Shown here in pieces: positions 61,627-64,000 of a DNA stretch of 64,000 nt. The position numbers and the translations under genes were made by a program. Source of the DNA: a phage. The first letter of the stretch is position 1, and each line of letters starts with the position of its first letter. Where the stretch lies: sequence record PX441839.1; one strand, written 5' to 3'. The notes beneath the pieces are model-generated. The model searched no databases, had not been told where the DNA came from, and saw only the letters and a list, made by a program, of their open reading frames with translations.

Positions 61627-62341
61627 TCTTAGGACCCTCTAGCATATCCATGTTACCACCAAGTGACTTGATCCCTGTCCGCACAATCATATTATTAATT
61701 GTAGCCTCAACCTCCGCCTGAGCTTTTGTTACAATGATCTCAGAATTCTCCTTGAACGTTGACAAAGCGTGGGCCGTTGTCTCAGGTAGTCGGCTGTGAA
61801 GACGAGACAATTGGCTCAAGACTTTTGTCAATTCTCCTTTGTTGGCCTTACCTTTAGCGACCAAATCACGAAGTTCATCCAAACCTGTGTTGAAATCCTT
61901 TACCAGATCCTTGAGGTTGGCCTCTATGTCGATATTTGCCATCTCTTCACTGGTATTCTGATTTTCAATCAGAGGGATGGCTGGTTCACCTTTCACGTAG
62001 CGTAGCGTACAAGGCACCCCTCTTCCACTGTGACAAGATACCAATGCAGCCCATTGGAAAGATGTCATTTCAATCTCAACGATTGACCCTGTTCTACGTG
62101 GCGCTGTGCGATACTCAGGGATTCCGTATGCTGTTTCCTCGTAACCGACATCAACCCGAAGACTGATTCGCTCATTGTGCTTAATATCTGACCCAAACAT
62201 CTCCACATTGCCACCAGAAGGGTGGCTTACACTAACAATACCATATGCAGGGTGCTCTTGAATAACCCGTGGTGTGGGAAAATCCTCAAATCGAACAGTG
62301 GGTCGAGTTCGAGGGTATCTTGCCTGTTTTTCTTTAGTCAT
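61619..62341 (-). CDS. hypothetical protein
   Basis: 240-aa ORF. Confidence 0.5.
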   Translation of the reverse strand: MTKEKQARYPRTRPTVRFEDFPTPRVIQEHPAYGIVSVSHPSGGNVEMFGSDIKHNERISLRVDVGYEETAYGIPEYRTAPRRTGSIVEIEMTSFQWAALVSCHSGRGVPCTLRYVKGEPAIPLIENQNTSEEMANIDIEANLKDLVKDFNTGLDELRDLVAKGKANKGELTKVLSQLSRLHSRLPETTAHALSTFKENSEIIVTKAQAEVEATINNMIVRTGIKSLGGNMDMLEGPKND

Positions 62342-62342
62342 A

Positions 62343-62570
62343 TCATTTGCTCCCTAGTCCATAAAATTTATCGAACTGAATGCTCCAAAGGTTTACATAC
62401 GCCTTTCCACGAGGTCGTAGCTCGTTGACATGAGTATCGTAAATCTTACCTTTGAGGCGCATCTCATTGCCATATTTATTAACACAGTAGTGGTTAAAAA
62501 TGTTCTTGCTGATACTGTTATCCATGCCAACCTTATCATTTTCACTGAAAAGAATTTGTACTTTAGGCAT
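62343..62570 (-). CDS. hypothetical protein
   Basis: 75-aa ORF. Confidence 0.4.
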   Translation of the reverse strand: MPKVQILFSENDKVGMDNSISKNIFNHYCVNKYGNEMRLKGKIYDTHVNELRPRGKAYVNLWSIQFDKFYGLGSK

Positions 62571-62779
62571 TAAATATCCTCCACTCGTGCGACATAGTCG
62601 CCAGATTTGTTTATTCGTTTAGGTTTCTCAGAGTTACTTACTCTATACTCAATCGTTACCATAGTCAAACTTTTATTGTATCCAACAACCCTGCCAACTC
62701 CCAAACCGTGTCGTTGGAATTCAGAAAATACTACCTTGTCTCCGACAAACAACTCAAGACCATTGACATCCTGGATCAT
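62570..62779 (-). CDS. hypothetical protein
   Basis: 69-aa ORF. Confidence 0.4.
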   Translation of the reverse strand: MIQDVNGLELFVGDKVVFSEFQRHGLGVGRVVGYNKSLTMVTIEYRVSNSEKPKRINKSGDYVARVEDI

Positions 62780-63786
62780 TTCTTTCCTCGCTTCTTAAGT
62801 TTGTTGTGTCCATTACCACGGCGAATCTTCACCTGTTTCCAATCTTTTACTGGCTTTTCCACCTCGGCAATAGCGGAAAATTCATCAATGATATTTTTGC
62901 CAATTGGTTTACCAGCCTCCAGCAGTGCAACTTTATTGTATTTGGACATAAGGGTTTTTACCTTCTCAGAATCTAAAATTTCAACATTAGACAGATCCAT
63001 GTCCTCTTTCCTCGCACCATACATTGTTTGGTACATTGCCGTCTTTAATGCAGTTTTTGTCCCAAAGTAAATTTCAACCTTGTACTCAGAAGCCAGCCTA
63101 ATCAACCTCTTCATTACAGAGTCTATATTGTTAATTGAGGATGCACAACCCGGTACTGACTCTACAAAAATAGGTGTCATGGGCCAACCTGTGTACTCAA
63201 CAGTTGCTTTTGTTCTTTCCAGCATACACTCTAACCTTGTAAATTCATCTGGGTCTTCGACAAGGTCCGTAATTTTGAAAATAACAGGATGCTTGGTGGG
63301 AATATCCTGCATACATAGCTTCTCCAGTTCTTCCCAATCAACGCCGCTCTCCATGTCTAAATACAAATCACCATCCTTTGGGATCGACAATGTCTTTCCA
63401 GATGGGGATGTATTAGGGAGATAATTATAGTTAAGCCGACCAGTTGGTCTACCGTCCCGTTTTTTAATGAAGTCAGCGTAGAGTTTATCACCATCCTCTA
63501 ACACCTCATCAAACCAGACAAAACTGTTTACACCCAACTGATCGGTATCAGAAGTGAACTCAGATCCGGGGGTAGCGATAGCCCTTACATTTTTCAAATG
63601 ATCACGAAAGAAAGGATCTGGAATAAAGAATTCCCTGCTTAGAAACATTCTTGATTTATTCTCATCTTCGTGGGTTGAGATGAGGGATTCTTCAAAATCA
63701 TGACCTTTGGATTTGTAATTCATAAGTTTTAATTCCTTGTTTTGTTTTGATAAGGGGATATTACTCCCCTTTCTGACTCGTGTCAA
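62776..63786 (-). CDS. hypothetical protein
   Basis: 336-aa ORF; no family recognised. Confidence 0.5.
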   Translation of the reverse strand: MTRVRKGSNIPLSKQNKELKLMNYKSKGHDFEESLISTHEDENKSRMFLSREFFIPDPFFRDHLKNVRAIATPGSEFTSDTDQLGVNSFVWFDEVLEDGDKLYADFIKKRDGRPTGRLNYNYLPNTSPSGKTLSIPKDGDLYLDMESGVDWEELEKLCMQDIPTKHPVIFKITDLVEDPDEFTRLECMLERTKATVEYTGWPMTPIFVESVPGCASSINNIDSVMKRLIRLASEYKVEIYFGTKTALKTAMYQTMYGARKEDMDLSNVEILDSEKVKTLMSKYNKVALLEAGKPIGKNIIDEFSAIAEVEKPVKDWKQVKIRRGNGHNKLKKRGKK

Positions 63787-63789
63787 CAG

Positions 63790-63996
63790 CTATTTCATGA
63801 ATATTTCTACGTGGAGCCAGGCATGAATCAAAGTGTCCGCAATTAAATACATCACAAAGGCCATCAAAGGAATGATCAGGATGTCAGCTTTCTTAACTGA
63901 GCTTCGTGTTTCCTTTTTGCACAAACCCCAAGTTGTTTTCAGAATGTGAAATGCATCATAAGCAAACAAAGCAATAGCTGAGATAATGCCCCACAT
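63790..63996 (-). CDS. small membrane protein
   Basis: 68 aa with two hydrophobic segments. Confidence 0.35.
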   Translation of the reverse strand: MWGIISAIALFAYDAFHILKTTWGLCKKETRSSVKKADILIIPLMAFVMYLIADTLIHAWLHVEIFMK

Positions 63997-64000
63997 AACC

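Noticed and set aside
1-64000. Integrase, attachment site or other prophage-boundary features
   Set aside because: None recognised; the window appears to be internal to a phage genome with no host-like genes.

Overview
This window is a segment of a tailed dsDNA phage genome with a contractile-tail (myovirus-like) structural module. Two convergent transcription blocks meet at a bidirectional terminator near 27.6 kb. The plus-strand block (1-27613) is a late structural operon: collagen-like repeat fiber proteins, connector-region proteins, putative tail sheath and tube, a tail assembly chaperone with a -1 programmed frameshift (T_TTT_TTC at 9826-9832), tape measure protein, a P2/PBSX-like baseplate set, a tail-collar plus Ig-like tail fiber, a 1162-aa repeat-rich fiber and an 832-aa propeller-like protein. 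The minus-strand block (27659-64000) is densely packed with early/middle genes: a family A DNA polymerase and a T7 gp4-like primase-helicase, each split by a homologous group I-like intron carrying an HNH homing endonuclease; a Dda-like helicase; an Rnl2-like RNA ligase next to a macro-domain protein; a signal-peptide SleB-like cell wall hydrolase; Lar-like and C5-methyltransferase-like proteins; and many small ORFs. The most unusual feature is a terminator-bounded minus-strand cassette (about 38.1-43.9 kb) of five genes sharing a conserved N-terminal leader M-[LI]-E-x-[LM]-[TS]-[AV]. It contains three tandem copies of a two-gene unit: a 63-66-aa microprotein built from 3 x 17-aa repeats, translationally coupled to a 350-375-aa paralog. 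Strong AGGAGG-type ribosome binding sites, TGn-extended -10 promoters and GC-rich UUCG-loop terminators suggest a low-GC Gram-positive-like host (inference only). No rRNA, tRNA or CRISPR array was seen. All functional calls rest on motif recognition by eye and gene order; no database search was run. Coordinates of non-CDS elements are approximate (+/- 2 nt).
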